A stretch of 32,000 nucleotides of DNA from Candidatus Saccharimonadota bacterium (GTDB lineage Bacteria > Patescibacteriota > Saccharimonadia > Saccharimonadales > UBA4665), in NCBI GenBank assembly GCA_016700375.1, contig CP065016.1, positions 690,001 through 722,000 of the forward strand, written 5' to 3'. The notes beneath the pieces are model-generated. The model did no database searches. It saw nothing but the letters and a program-made list of their open reading frames with translations, and was not told the origin of the DNA. Positions 31,734-32,000 of the stretch are shown piece by piece. Within the stretch, counting starts at the first letter, position 1. The number at the start of each line of letters is the position of its first letter. A program made the position numbers and the translations under genes.

Positions 31734-31908
31734 GTGTAGCCTCCTTTTTTCGGGTGAGCAACAAGGTTCAAGCATCCACTCTTTGTTAGCCAAAGTGGAA
31801 ACCTGTTCTTTATCACCCACCAATAGTTAATGTAGCTAGAATTGTAGGTTCTAGATCTTGGAATCTAGGTATCCTAAATTCCAACTTCCAACTTCTAAAT
31901 TCTAAAGT
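31734..31908 (-). promoter_or_regulatory. structured rpsO-pnp intergenic leader (several hairpins)
   Basis: Hairpins include ctagaa/ttgtagg/ttctag (~31834-31852), ggaat...attcc (~31860-31883) and ccactttg...caaagagtgg (~31778-31800). Short tandem repeats ccaactt x2 and tctaaa x2 are also present. Confidence 0.4.
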
Positions 31909-32000
31909 TTAACGTCGAATACCAAGCTTTTTAATGAGGTTCAGATACGCCTGTCCGTCTTGCGCAGCAATGTACTGCAAAAGCCGCTTGCGCTTACCCA
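31909..32000 (-). CDS. rpsO: 30S ribosomal protein S15, C-terminal part (continues beyond the right edge)
   Basis: Hand translation of the minus strand gives ...GKRKRLLQYIAAQDGQAYLNLIKKLGIRR*, which is typical of the S15 C-terminus. The stop TAA is at 31911-31909. Confidence 0.9.
   Translation of the reverse strand, partial: GKRKRLLQYIAAQDGQAYLNLIKKLGIRR

Overview
This is a gene-dense bacterial chromosome segment, mostly minus-strand, with many 1-4 nt gene overlaps and short spacers. The style fits a reduced Patescibacteria/CPR (Saccharibacteria-like) genome, but that taxonomic call is inference only. The left 8 kb is a complete minus-strand type IV pilus (T4P) operon: pilM, pilN-like, pilO-like, a small TM protein, pilB, pilT, pilC, pilin and pilD. 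pilD runs off the left edge and is absent from the ORF track; I recovered it by hand translation. Upstream and co-oriented are a membrane TPR protein and a 730-aa secreted protein. A ~470-bp non-coding gap separates them from pilM and holds a strongly self-complementary element that I could not assign to any RNA family. The rest is housekeeping: ychF, tlyA, a Nudix hydrolase, efp, ssb, rpsR, rpsF, ftsK, rnj, a family-4 UDG, pnp and the 3' end of rpsO. Small accessory elements are interspersed among these genes. They include an IS1595-like IS (26-bp IRs, 8-bp TSD) wedged between two convergent stop codons, and an IS481-like IS (15-bp TSD) at the foot of a 111-bp palindrome between rpsR and ssb. 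There is also a GIY-YIG ORF bounded by a perfect 24-bp inverted repeat, and a four-helix-bundle (23S-IVS/Avd-like) ORF bounded by 24-bp IRs. Finally, a translationally coupled ParB/Srx-like plus 77-aa gene pair has its own consensus promoter overlapped by palindromes. I found no rRNA, tRNA or CRISPR array. All homology statements come from motif recognition by eye; no database search was run.
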